Source: Guillardia theta CCMP2712
Lineage: Eukaryota > Protista > Cryptophyta
Reading direction: 5' to 3'
DNA: 64,000 nucleotides
Assembly: GCF_000315625.1 (NCBI RefSeq)
Contig: NW_005434655.1
Coordinates: 34,637 to 98,636, forward strand
The notes beneath the pieces were generated by a model, which saw only the letters and a list, made by a program, of their open reading frames with translations, was not told the origin of the DNA and did no database searches. A program made the position numbers and the translations under genes. Positions 63,820-64,000 of the stretch are shown in pieces (positions within the stretch are counted from its first letter, which is position 1; the number at the start of each line of letters is the position of its first letter).

Positions 63820-64000
63820 ATGCTCCCCCTCCTTCGTTCTGCGACGAGGCTCTCCGCCCTCCCCATCCGCTCTCTTGTCGCCTCCTCCTCCTCTGCCTCC
63901 GCTATCAACACCCTCGCCTTCAAGCGCCTCCTCGCCTCCGCCCGTGGAGGTCCCCCCAGGGAAGACCCCACCATCGTCCATGACATGGTCCACTTCAAGA
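63820..64000 (+). CDS. AOX: Alternative oxidase copy 2, 5' part (runs off the window)
   Basis: 181/181 nt identical to the reverse complement of 62391-62571. Confidence 0.9.
   Translation, partial: MLPLLRSATRLSALPIRSLVASSSSASAINTLAFKRLLASARGGPPREDPTIVHDMVHFK

Overview
This is eukaryotic nuclear DNA: gene-dense, GC-rich, with short spliceosomal introns (mostly 30-100 nt), abundant (GGA)n/(CTC)n microsatellites and two 100-N scaffold gaps. A signal peptide followed by Phe (AAA|FAP) on a plastid enzyme, the tiny introns and the repeat style point to an alga with a red secondary plastid, most like a cryptophyte (Guillardia/Hanusia-like; this is inference). About 20 protein genes can be read, in order: a secreted coiled-coil protein, a double Zn2Cys6 transcription factor, a catalytically degenerate PIF/Harbinger-type transposase-derived gene, HINT, an intronless 2207-aa LRR/ANK/C2/IQ protein, a DUF89/ARMT1-like phosphatase, two coiled-coil proteins, a TLC-domain protein, a plastid aldose-1-epimerase-family enzyme, a single-domain voltage-gated cation channel, a hypothetical protein, a BCCT transporter, kanadaptin, argininosuccinate lyase, an HVA22/REEP-C2 fusion, an F-box protein, a Kelch protein, an LRR protein, and two head-to-head alternative oxidase copies identical over the visible 181 bp. 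The strongest leads are: (1) the intronless pair of Zn2Cys6 gene and dead Harbinger transposase, with two CGGAA-N3-TTCCG palindromes upstream; (2) the inverted AOX duplication whose identity starts at the start codon; (3) a recurrent AACTTAACTTTGAGTA element; (4) a 110-bp TSD-flanked, A-tailed retro-insertion; (5) unusual domain fusions and a TGDAW-filter channel. All family calls come from motif recognition by eye, and exon boundaries are manual and approximate.
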